Positions 8,277-16,794 of a stretch of 64,000 nt of DNA are shown here, piece after piece. Position numbers and translations under genes: made by a program. The stretch covers positions 1,894 to 65,893 of the forward strand of contig JAGCUV010000141.1 in the NCBI GenBank assembly GCA_017962705.1, read 5' to 3'. Positions within the stretch are counted from its first letter, which is position 1; each line of letters begins with the position of its first letter. The stretch is from Bacteroidales bacterium. GTDB lineage: Bacteria > Bacteroidota > Bacteroidia > Bacteroidales > UBA932. The notes beneath the pieces were generated by a model. It worked only from the letters and a program-made list of their open reading frames with translations. It was not told the origin of the DNA and searched no databases.

Positions 8277-9784
8277 TATTCCGCTTCTTCCGGGGCGGCC
8301 AAGGCGGGGATGTCGTCGATATCGACGAGCGCCTTGATGGGATGTTTTCCGCTGTTCTTCGCACCCAGCTTAATCAGTTTGCCGGAGGTATTAAGGATGC
8401 TCTGGCCCTGGGGTTCGAGTTTCTTCAGACCATCCTCATATTCATCAGAGGCTCTTTTCAAGGCTTTGCCCAGTCCTTCATACTTCTCCATAAAAATCCC
8501 CACGCGGTCAATCATTTCGTTGGCCAGTTCGTACACCTTTTCGTGGTTCTGGGCCTGGGCTACCTGTGTCCAGGTCATGCGCACAATCTTGAGCGCCCCG
8601 TATAGAGTCTGCTCATCCGCCATATAGACATTGGCATCCGCCGCTTTGCGCCAGAGGTCCGGTTCGGCCTGGAGAGCCGCCCACAAGGCGCCCATATTCG
8701 GAACGAACATAATCACGTAGCCCGCCGCGACTTTCGGAGCCTGGATATACGAAGCATAATCCTTGGTCGCCAGTTCCTTTACATGCTTCCTAATGCTTTC
8801 GAGATGCGCCTTGAGGAACGCTTGTCGGTCAACTTCTTTCTCTGCATTAACATAATCCACATACGCTGTCAACGACACCTTGGAGTCGATAATCACCTCG
8901 CGCCGTTCATCCAAATGCAGGATAACATCCGGCCGCATCATCGCGCCGTCCTCATTCTTGACGGGCTTGCCGTCGGTTCCGCGGATGACGGGCTGGGTAT
9001 CGAAATGTACGCCCCTGGTCAGGCCCTGGGAAGAGAGAAGTTCTTCCAAAATGGTCTCTCCCCAATCGCCCTGCAGTTTGCTGCCGTGCTTGAAAGCGGC
9101 GGCCAGTTCATCCGCGCTCTTGCGGGCGGCGTCGCTGTGCTCCATCAAGTTTTTAATCCGTTCGCGCATCTCGCCGTTGCGCTCGGCCTGCTCCTTGCTT
9201 TCTTCCTCCATCACCTTTTTCAGTTCGGCGATGTTTTCCTTCAACGGCGTCACAATCTGTCCGAGGCTCTGGTTGCTGGTCTCGGCAAACTCCTTCTGGC
9301 GGGCCTTCAACATTTCGGAGGTGTCGGTTTTCACCTGGGCGGAAATCTTGGCCATCGTCTCGTCGAAACGGGCCTGCAGGGTCGCCATCGCCTCTTTGTG
9401 CGCGGTGTTGCGGGCTGCAAGGTCTTCCGCGTACCGTTTGCCCATTTCGGCCTTCGTATCTTCCAACGCTTTCGCGGCCTCATCCTTGGAAGCCTGCAGC
9501 GCTTTCGCAGCTTCATCTTTGGCAACTTGCAAAGTTTGGGCAGCTTCATCTTTGCTGGCCTGCAGCGCTTGGGCGGCCTCTTCTTTGGTCACCTGCAACT
9601 GATTCCGGGCGTGTTCCAGGTCCGATTCCAAACGGGCCAGTTCCACCTTCATGGAGGACTCCGCCTGCAAACGGACCGACCGTTCCGTTTCGGCAATACG
9701 GGATTTGACAACGCTTCTGGCGACAAAGAAAGCGATGAGGGCGGACAGCACGATGCCGGCCATAAACGAAAACAAAATTTCCAT
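8276..9784 (-). CDS. rmuC: DNA recombination protein RmuC
   Basis: N-terminal TM plus coiled coil; QGDWGETILE, RPDVILHL, IIDSKVSL, YVIMFVP. Confidence 0.93.
   Translation of the reverse strand: MEILFSFMAGIVLSALIAFFVARSVVKSRIAETERSVRLQAESSMKVELARLESDLEHARNQLQVTKEEAAQALQASKDEAAQTLQVAKDEAAKALQASKDEAAKALEDTKAEMGKRYAEDLAARNTAHKEAMATLQARFDETMAKISAQVKTDTSEMLKARQKEFAETSNQSLGQIVTPLKENIAELKKVMEEESKEQAERNGEMRERIKNLMEHSDAARKSADELAAAFKHGSKLQGDWGETILEELLSSQGLTRGVHFDTQPVIRGTDGKPVKNEDGAMMRPDVILHLDERREVIIDSKVSLTAYVDYVNAEKEVDRQAFLKAHLESIRKHVKELATKDYASYIQAPKVAAGYVIMFVPNMGALWAALQAEPDLWRKAADANVYMADEQTLYGALKIVRMTWTQVAQAQNHEKVYELANEMIDRVGIFMEKYEGLGKALKRASDEYEDGLKKLEPQGQSILNTSGKLIKLGAKNSGKHPIKALVDIDDIPALAAPEEAE
9458..9589 (-). 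repeat. About four degenerate 33-bp (11-aa) tandem repeats in rmuC
   Basis: TKEEAAQALQA-SKDEAAQTLQV-AKDEAAKALQA-SKDEAAKALED. Confidence 0.85.
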
Positions 9785-9789
9785 CGGTA

Positions 9790-11241
9790 TTATCGTTCAA
9801 AAAGTTTCAGAATCTTCATTTTTTTCTCGCCGGCTTTGCCGCTGTAGGGATGTTCGCGCAGCGAAAGATTGAAGAAGGTGCTGCCCCGCAGGACGGTCTG
9901 GGGATGGGTAAATTCGCGGAAGCCCCACTCTCCGTGGTAGGCCCCCATTCCGGAGTGGCCCGTCCCGTTGAACGGCACCCCCTTCACCATCAGATGGATG
10001 CACACTTCATTGATGCAGCCGCCCCCGTACTGCTGCGTTTGCATCACCCGGTTGGCCCAACGGATATTCCGGGTGAAAAGATACATCGCCAGCGGATGTT
10101 CCCGGTCCGCGATGGTCTCCATCAGCGCATCCACCTCCTCATCCTTGAAAGGGACGATGGGCAGCAAGGGACAGAAAAGTTCGTGCTGCACGATGGGCTC
10201 GTCGATGTTCACCGGATAAATCACCGTGGGGGAATAGCGACGGGTGTCAGGATTACCCGTTCCGCCAAATACGATGCGCTCGCGGTACTCGTCCGACAGC
10301 CGGGCGCATTTCTCGTAGGCCTTGTCGGTGATGAGTTTGGGATAATCGGGATTCTCCTCCGCCCTTTCGCCAATCTGTTTGACGAACGCCGCTTTCAATT
10401 CCCGGATAAAATCTTCCGCCACCTCTTCCGCGACGGCCACCTGGTTGATGTTGATGCAGATCTGACCGGCGTTGCACAGTTTGAAAAAGGCGATTTTGCG
10501 GGCCGCATCCTTCAGGTCGGCATCCTTGCGCACCACGCACCAGTTGCCCGTCTCTCCCCCGAGTTCCAGGGCTACGGGCGTGAGGTTCTTGGCAGCTTCG
10601 GTCAGCACGTGCTTGCCCACAGCCGGCGAACCGGTGTAGAAAATCTTGTCGAAACGCTGCGCCAGGCACAAATCGGCGATATCGTGTCCCCCGTCAATGA
10701 GGGTGACATATTCCGGCGGGAACACTTCCGCGAAGAAACGCTTCAGCACGGCGGTACTGGCCGCCGACTTGCTGGAAGACTTGATGACCACCGTATTTCC
10801 GCCTGCCATCGCCGCGGCGACCACCCCGATGGTCAGCAGAATCGGGAAGTTGAACGGGCTGATGACCAAAGAGACGCCGTAGGGCATTTTGTACACCTTG
10901 GTGATGAGGCTGGGGAAACACATCAATCCGCTGAAATGGCATTCCGGACGCGCCCATTTCCGCAGCCCGCCGAGCATCTCATTGATTTCGGTGACGATGG
11001 GAGCGATGTCGCACAGATACGCCTCCACCCGGCTGCGGCCCAAATCTTCGGCCAGCGCCGCCTCAAACTCCGTCGCGTGGGCGAGCACGGCGGCTTTCAA
11101 CTTTTTCAGTTGCTTGATGCGCCAGTCCACGGGAAGCGTCGCTCCCGTCCGGAAGAATTTCCGCTGCGCCGCAACTATCTCACGAATGTCGGCCTCCGTA
11201 TACGCAGGACGTTCCGCAGTTTCAGAATTATACGTATCCAT
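9790..11241 (-). CDS. Aldehyde dehydrogenase (ALDH3/fatty aldehyde-like)
   Basis: PYGVSLVISPFNFP, FYTGSPAVG, LELGG, NAGQIC (catalytic Cys), PFNGTGHSGMGAYHG. Confidence 0.92.
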   Translation of the reverse strand: MDTYNSETAERPAYTEADIREIVAAQRKFFRTGATLPVDWRIKQLKKLKAAVLAHATEFEAALAEDLGRSRVEAYLCDIAPIVTEINEMLGGLRKWARPECHFSGLMCFPSLITKVYKMPYGVSLVISPFNFPILLTIGVVAAAMAGGNTVVIKSSSKSAASTAVLKRFFAEVFPPEYVTLIDGGHDIADLCLAQRFDKIFYTGSPAVGKHVLTEAAKNLTPVALELGGETGNWCVVRKDADLKDAARKIAFFKLCNAGQICININQVAVAEEVAEDFIRELKAAFVKQIGERAEENPDYPKLITDKAYEKCARLSDEYRERIVFGGTGNPDTRRYSPTVIYPVNIDEPIVQHELFCPLLPIVPFKDEEVDALMETIADREHPLAMYLFTRNIRWANRVMQTQQYGGGCINEVCIHLMVKGVPFNGTGHSGMGAYHGEWGFREFTHPQTVLRGSTFFNLSLREHPYSGKAGEKKMKILKLFER

Positions 11242-11262
11242 AAATGTTCTCCTTTTTGATTA

Positions 11263-11270
11263 CAAAGGTA
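11263..11270 (-). promoter_or_regulatory. -7 element (TACCTTTG) for ALDH-rmuC
   Basis: Exact TAnnTTTG match 21 nt upstream of the ATG. Confidence 0.6.
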
Positions 11271-11287
11271 ATCATTTTTCTAGGACA

Positions 11288-12028
11288 TCATTCGCGCCCC
11301 AGAAAATGCTTTCGCTGGGCGTCATCCAATTTTTCAATGGCGTAGCGCAGGGCCGTACGGGGCATGGTGGCCGCGCGAGGTTCGAGGTAGGAGATCAAGG
11401 CGCGTTCATCGCGTTTGCCGGCTTCGCGCAACAGCCAGCCGACAGCCTTTTGAATCAGGTCGTGGGGGTGGTGGAGAAGGATGTCGGCGATGGCAAAGGT
11501 GTCATTCAATTGGCCGTGACGGACGAAAGTCATCGTGCTGACCATCCCTATGCGTTGTTCCCAAATCGTTTTCCCATTGCGGGCCAGTTCGTAAAGCAGG
11601 CTCCTGTCCTTGTCCAGCAGCCATTCGCCCAGCAAAGGATAACAGGACAGGTCCACCAAATCCCAATTATTAATCGCGTCCGTATGGGCCAGATAAAAGT
11701 CGACGCATTGCTGTTGGAGAGACAAGCGCGCCGGAAGGGATTCCGAAGAAGAACGGGAAGCCTTGCAGGCGTGAGAGAAGATTTGAATGAGGGCCAGCAG
11801 CCCGGCCAGACGGATTTCGTGATATTCGCTCTGCAGACATTGGTCCAAATCCGCAAAATCCAATTCTTGCCAAGCGTTTTTTACCACCACACGCGTAACA
11901 GGAACTTTGATGCCGAGGAACTTGTCCCCCTCGCCATACTGCCCCGGCCCCGTTTTAAAAAAGCGGGACAATCCCGCCACCTGCGACGGGTCCGCCACGG
12001 CCATCATATCCTGCATCAAACGATTCAT
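11288..12028 (-). CDS. alkD: DNA alkylation repair protein (AlkD-like)
   Basis: FFKTGPGQYGEGDKFLG, INNWDLVD, IWEQRI, HDLIQKAVGWLLRE, MPRTALRYAIEK. Confidence 0.88.
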   Translation of the reverse strand: MNRLMQDMMAVADPSQVAGLSRFFKTGPGQYGEGDKFLGIKVPVTRVVVKNAWQELDFADLDQCLQSEYHEIRLAGLLALIQIFSHACKASRSSSESLPARLSLQQQCVDFYLAHTDAINNWDLVDLSCYPLLGEWLLDKDRSLLYELARNGKTIWEQRIGMVSTMTFVRHGQLNDTFAIADILLHHPHDLIQKAVGWLLREAGKRDERALISYLEPRAATMPRTALRYAIEKLDDAQRKHFLGRE

Positions 12029-12214
12029 TATCTTAGTTTGCTTTCAGTCTTACAAATGACACCTCTCCATCAACATTCTCCCGTTGCCAACAAAGATACA
12101 CGCAAGCCCGGAGAAAAGCAAATTTTATGCAACTGGCTCTCCTGTGGGTGCTTCAGGTGTCCCGGTTCAAGGACACCTGGCGCGCCCCCCACTATTATTA
12201 GGGTTGTTTTTCCC

Positions 12215-12293
12215 AGAAAATCGGCCAAATTCAACAAAAAAGTGTGATTTTGGCCGATTTTCTAGACGGGTAAAAAATATTTTACTATCTTTG
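12215..12293 (+). promoter_or_regulatory. Inverted-repeat putative operator and -7 box upstream of the AAA ATPase
   Basis: AGAAAATCGGCCAAA (12215-12229) and its perfect reverse complement (12249-12263); TATCTTTG at 12286-12293. Confidence 0.65.
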
Positions 12294-12314
12294 CAGCAAC
12301 CTATTAGGAAAAAT

Positions 12315-13775
12315 ATGAACCCATCATCAGTTATTGGAAGAGAAGAAGAACTTGCCACCATATCAAGACTCTACGAATCAAAGAAATCTGAGTTTTTAGC
12401 CATTTATGGCAGGCGTCGTGTCGGGAAGTCATTCTTGATAGAAGAAGCCTTGGAGGACAAAATGTCATTCATGGCTGTCGGCTTATTCCTGAAAATCGAC
12501 AGCAGCAACCCTGAAAAAGTAGAATCGTATCGCCAAGTACAACTCAAACACTTCTACAATAGCCTGTTGGAATATGGATTGGAAAAAGATGGGAACCCAG
12601 AACCAACCAACTGGCTGGATGCCTTGGGCTTGCTAAAAAAACTCATCCAGTCCAAACACACACGCCGAAAGGTTATTTTCATTGACGAATTACCTTGGCT
12701 CGCCGGCCCCCAATCATCGGAACTACTGAGCGAATTGGGGCACTTTTGGAACTCGTGGGCCAGAAAACGCAAAGACGTCTTCCTCATCGTGTGCGGCTCC
12801 GCCACCAGTTGGATGATTGACAATGTCATGCGAGATTACGGCGGTCTTTATGGAAGAATTACCGAATCTATTTCTCTCAAACCTTTCACCTTGGCAGAAT
12901 GCGAGAGATATTGGGAGAATAGGGGATTTCACCTATCTAGGTACGAAATCGCCCTCACATATATGGTTATCGGCGGTGTCCCGTTCTATATGGATCGATT
13001 CAGACCGGACAGAACGATGGCGGACAACATCAACTCCATCTATTTCAATAAAGACCAAGCGCGACAAGAGTTCAAGGATGTATACACGGGTCTATATTCG
13101 AGCTCTGACGTTTATATCAATGTTATCCGCCTGCTGGGGAAAAAATTCTACGGAATGACGCGGACAGAATTGTTAAAGGCCGTGGAAAAGAAGGGCGGCG
13201 GACGTTTCTCCGATGTCTTGGAAAATTTAATAGATTCCGGCATCATCAGAAGTTACTCCCTCTATGGGGGCGCCCGCAAGCAAACGGTCTACCAACTCGT
13301 TGATTTTTTTACACTTTTCTATCTTCGGTTTGTTGAGAATTCAGACGCCACGTCCTGGCGTTCGGTTCAACGGAGCAAACCCTTCTATTCCTGGGCGGGT
13401 CACTCCTTCGAGTTGCTCGCCTTGGGGCATATTCAACAACTGGCCGATGCCCTCAGAATAAAAGAATACGAGACGCCCTTTAGTTGGAGTGGAGAATCTC
13501 CGGATGGAGAGGGGGCCCAACTTGACCTTATCGTACCGGCAACGGCAGAAAGAGCCGACTATATCTGCGAGATGAAGTTCTCAGAAGGAAAATATACCCT
13601 CAAAGACGAGGATGCTGAAGAATTTGCCAGGCAAATTAACGCTTTGAGAAATTCCTCCGTCCATAAGCCCAGCCATTCCATCTATATCGCCCTTGTCACA
13701 TCCTTTGGCGTAACAGACTCCAAGCACCGGTCACACATTAATGACATCGTTGTCCTGGACGATTTGTTCAAATGA
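12315..13775 (+). CDS. AAA/ATPase_2 (archaeal-type) ATPase with wHTH and C-terminal PD-(D/E)XK-like domain
   Basis: IGREEEL, Walker A YGRRRVGKS, Walker B IFIDELPW, VCGSATSW, GGVPFY, C-terminal QLDL...ICEMKF; start moved to MNPSS (12315). Confidence 0.85.
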   Translation: MNPSSVIGREEELATISRLYESKKSEFLAIYGRRRVGKSFLIEEALEDKMSFMAVGLFLKIDSSNPEKVESYRQVQLKHFYNSLLEYGLEKDGNPEPTNWLDALGLLKKLIQSKHTRRKVIFIDELPWLAGPQSSELLSELGHFWNSWARKRKDVFLIVCGSATSWMIDNVMRDYGGLYGRITESISLKPFTLAECERYWENRGFHLSRYEIALTYMVIGGVPFYMDRFRPDRTMADNINSIYFNKDQARQEFKDVYTGLYSSSDVYINVIRLLGKKFYGMTRTELLKAVEKKGGGRFSDVLENLIDSGIIRSYSLYGGARKQTVYQLVDFFTLFYLRFVENSDATSWRSVQRSKPFYSWAGHSFELLALGHIQQLADALRIKEYETPFSWSGESPDGEGAQLDLIVPATAERADYICEMKFSEGKYTLKDEDAEEFARQINALRNSSVHKPSHSIYIALVTSFGVTDSKHRSHINDIVVLDDLFK

Positions 13776-15289
13776 GAAGAAAAGACATATTTTTAAGCCT
13801 GGCGCTGCTGACAGTCTTGTCGGCGGCGCTGGCTTTGTCGGGATGCCGGGGAAGGCTGGCGGCCGGGAAGAGCGAAACGGCGGAGCAGCACGACACCATC
13901 TACCCCTTGGGTTTCCTGACGGACACGCTGGAAATGAAAAGCGGCCGCGTGCGGGGCGGAGAGAACTTCATGGGGTTGCTGATGCGGCTGGGCCTGTCCG
14001 GGAAGGAGGCTTGGGCGCTCTCTCAATCGTGCCCGGACAGCCTGTTCGATGTGAGGAAAATGCGGGCCGGGAATGAGTACGATGCCTATTATTTAAAGGA
14101 AAAATTCCAGGAAGGGGGAGCAGAAACGGAAACGGAGGCAGCATCCAACCCAGAATCAAATATAGCATCCAATCCGGGGTCAAATACGGGGGCCCATCCA
14201 GGAGGCAAGACCAGTTCAAAGGGCAAGGCCGAAAATGACGGGCGGAAGCACTTACATTATCTGGTCTATCACAACAATCGCTTGGAGAGCACGGTCTTTG
14301 CGTTGAAGGACTCCACGCGCATCTACAAGGTATGCAAAGAAATCCGCTACGAGGACGCCCGGGCGGACGTCACCATCAATTCCTCGCTTTGGAATGACAT
14401 GCAGGCTGCCGGAGCGCCCGTCCAACTCATTCTGGACCTCTCGGACATCTACGCTTGGACGGTAGACTTTTTCGGCTTGCAGAAAGGCGACCGTTTCCGG
14501 GTGCTCTACCGCAAGAAAATCTGCGACGGTGCGGTCATCGGCATCGACACCGTCCGCTACGCGATTTTCACCCATCGGGGAACGGACTATGAATGTATTA
14601 TGTTCAATCCGGCCGAATATGTACGGCAAGCCCGGCATCAACAGCAAACTCAACTGCAAAGCCAGGCCCGGCCGGCGGACAGCCTTGCTGCCGGCAACGG
14701 GGATGCCATCGACTGGGACAAACTGCTCGCGGGCATCGGCAGCAACATCTACTGGAACGAAAAGGGAGAAAGTATGCGCAAAACCTTCCTGAAGGCGCCG
14801 CTGCACTACTCCCGCGTCTCGTCGGGCTTCTCCTACGCCCGCAAGCACCCGGTCACCCGCAAGGTCCAGCCGCATACCGGAGTGGACTATGCCGCTCCCA
14901 CCGGCACGCCCGTGATGAGCATCGGCGACGGCACGGTCCTGAGCGTCAAATACGAAGGAGCCGGTGGAAACACGGTGCGCATCCGACACAACAGCGTCTA
15001 TTCCACAGCCTACCTCCACCTGTCGAAATTCGGGAAAGGCATCACGGCGGGAGCCCGCGTCAGCCAGGGGCAGGTCATCGGTTATGTGGGCGCGACCGGA
15101 CGCTGTACCGGCCCGCATCTGGACTTCCGCGTCTGGAAAAACGGCTCGCCCGTCAATCCCCTGACAATGGACTCTCCCCCGTCCGAGCCCCTGCCCGAAG
15201 CCTTTATTCCCGCCTTTGACGCCCTCCGTGCCAGCCTGCGGGATGCCTGGGGGAAGTCGCGTCAGCGGGTCGAGGAGTCGGGATTGTAG
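13772..15289 (+). CDS. M23 family peptidoglycan DD-metalloendopeptidase (MepM-like), lipoprotein
   Basis: Lipobox LSGC; HTGVDYAAP (HxxxD), YLHLS, GPHLDF (HxH variant HLD). Confidence 0.9.
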   Translation: MRRKDIFLSLALLTVLSAALALSGCRGRLAAGKSETAEQHDTIYPLGFLTDTLEMKSGRVRGGENFMGLLMRLGLSGKEAWALSQSCPDSLFDVRKMRAGNEYDAYYLKEKFQEGGAETETEAASNPESNIASNPGSNTGAHPGGKTSSKGKAENDGRKHLHYLVYHNNRLESTVFALKDSTRIYKVCKEIRYEDARADVTINSSLWNDMQAAGAPVQLILDLSDIYAWTVDFFGLQKGDRFRVLYRKKICDGAVIGIDTVRYAIFTHRGTDYECIMFNPAEYVRQARHQQQTQLQSQARPADSLAAGNGDAIDWDKLLAGIGSNIYWNEKGESMRKTFLKAPLHYSRVSSGFSYARKHPVTRKVQPHTGVDYAAPTGTPVMSIGDGTVLSVKYEGAGGNTVRIRHNSVYSTAYLHLSKFGKGITAGARVSQGQVIGYVGATGRCTGPHLDFRVWKNGSPVNPLTMDSPPSEPLPEAFIPAFDALRASLRDAWGKSRQRVEESGL

Positions 15290-16230
15290 CGTTTGCCGGG
15301 GAAGAAGCGGGAGACCTGACGGCAGTATTGCTGATACTCGGGATATTTGGCGCTGCTGATGTCCTCGGCGAAGGCGGCGCTGCCCTGAAAGAGGACGACG
15401 AGCAGGAGGGCGCCGATGAGACTCCAGTTGAACAGGCCCAGACCGGCTCCGACGGAAAAGAGGTAAAAACACACCCAAGTGCTCTGCTCGGCGAGATAAT
15501 TGGGATGGCGGCTGATGCCCCAAAGACCGACGGTATTGAAGCCCTTGTTGTAGGGAGCCGGCAGGTCCTGCAGCGCGGCGCCCTGCTTGAGCATCTCCCA
15601 TTTTTTGCTCTGGAAAGCCCACTGCTGTTCGTCCGCGACGGTTTCGTAAATGATGCAGGCGCCCATCAGCACGGTGGCCAGGCCGTCCACCCAGCCGAAC
15701 GGAAGGGTAGAATGCATCGACACCAATGCGGGGAAAGTCGTCAGCAGAATCAGGGCATTCTGATAGAAAGAGATGAAAAACAAATTGAAGAGCATCCATT
15801 TCCAATGCGGCTGGAAATCCTTGCTTTCGCGCAGCACCTTCCAGCGGTAATCTTCTTCCCCTTCCCAGAATTTGAGGCGGTAGGCCCCCTTGCGGGCGAA
15901 ATTGAAGGTAAGCCGGCAGCCCCAGGCCGTAGCCAGTACCGCCATCACGACCAGACGGGGTGAAAAACCGGCCTTCGCCGCAATCACCCAGACATAGACG
16001 GGCGGCAGGATGCTCCAGAGTTTGTCCATCTGGCTGTTGTTGCCGGTCAGTTCGCCGACGACAAAACAATAGAGGACGCTGGCGCCCATCAGCAGCAGAA
16101 GGGTTTTCAGGACATCCAACTGCACGGCATCGAGTGCGGGTCCGACATAGAAATACAGGAGCGGGCAGGCAATCAGGGACAGAGCCAGCAAGGTCCCCAT
16201 CAAGGGAACGTTCAATGTTTTCATAGGCAT
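15262..16230 (-). CDS. DUF1295 family membrane protein (steroid 5-alpha reductase-like)
   Basis: NNSQMDKLWSILP, WGCRLT, EDYRW, ETVADEQQ, GLWGISRHPNY. Confidence 0.85.
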   Translation of the reverse strand: MPMKTLNVPLMGTLLALSLIACPLLYFYVGPALDAVQLDVLKTLLLLMGASVLYCFVVGELTGNNSQMDKLWSILPPVYVWVIAAKAGFSPRLVVMAVLATAWGCRLTFNFARKGAYRLKFWEGEEDYRWKVLRESKDFQPHWKWMLFNLFFISFYQNALILLTTFPALVSMHSTLPFGWVDGLATVLMGACIIYETVADEQQWAFQSKKWEMLKQGAALQDLPAPYNKGFNTVGLWGISRHPNYLAEQSTWVCFYLFSVGAGLGLFNWSLIGALLLVVLFQGSAAFAEDISSAKYPEYQQYCRQVSRFFPGKRYNPDSSTR

Positions 16231-16304
16231 AGCCGTCAATTTTTTAATCTTTTGCAAATAAAGGAAATTATTTTCAAAAAATCACTAACTTCGTAGTTGA
16301 AAAG

Positions 16305-16793
16305 ATGAATTATCTGGAAGACATAACCTCCCGCTATGATGCGCAGGGACGGGAGATGATTGAAAAAGCGGCAAGGCTCGCACAAAGCGTACTGGAAGGA
16401 GCGGACCGGGGCGACGGGCATCCGTTTTTCGAGCATCCGCTGGGCGTGGCCCGCATCGCCGCCGTCGAAATCGGCCTGCCCGCCGAGTGCATCGCAGCCG
16501 TCTTCCTGCACGAGGCATCGTCCCACCTCAAGCGCCGGCAAGCCGGACAAGCGACGGACTCGCCCGCGGCAGACAACCTCCAAGGGGCCGGGACATTCGA
16601 AAAAGAACTGGACGCTTTCGGCAATGATATCCGGACGATGGTGGACGGACTGGACAAAATTGCAACCATCAAGCCCAAAGACACACGCCTCGAAGCCGAA
16701 AACTACAAGAAACTAATCGTCTCCTATGCCCGCAAGCAAAAAATAAACAGGCAGACCCGCAAGCTGAAGAAACTTCAAACTAATCATAACTGA
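16305..16793 (+). pseudogene. 5' fragment of a RelA/SpoT homologue (partial, degenerate HD hydrolase domain)
   Basis: GHPFFEHPLGVARI, AAVFLHE, MVDGLDKI, EAENYKKLIVSY then an abrupt unrelated tail; KLADR motif, synthetase and TGS domains are absent. Confidence 0.7.
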
Positions 16794-16794
16794 T

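Noticed and set aside
12215-12263. Invertible promoter
   Set aside because: The 19-bp spacer is too short and the -7 box lies outside the repeats; an operator is more plausible
15262-15289. Convergent 3' overlaps (M23/DUF1295, 28 bp; DUF1015/EEP, 19 bp at 51861-51879)
   Set aside because: Short tail overlaps are common in compact genomes and give no evidence of function
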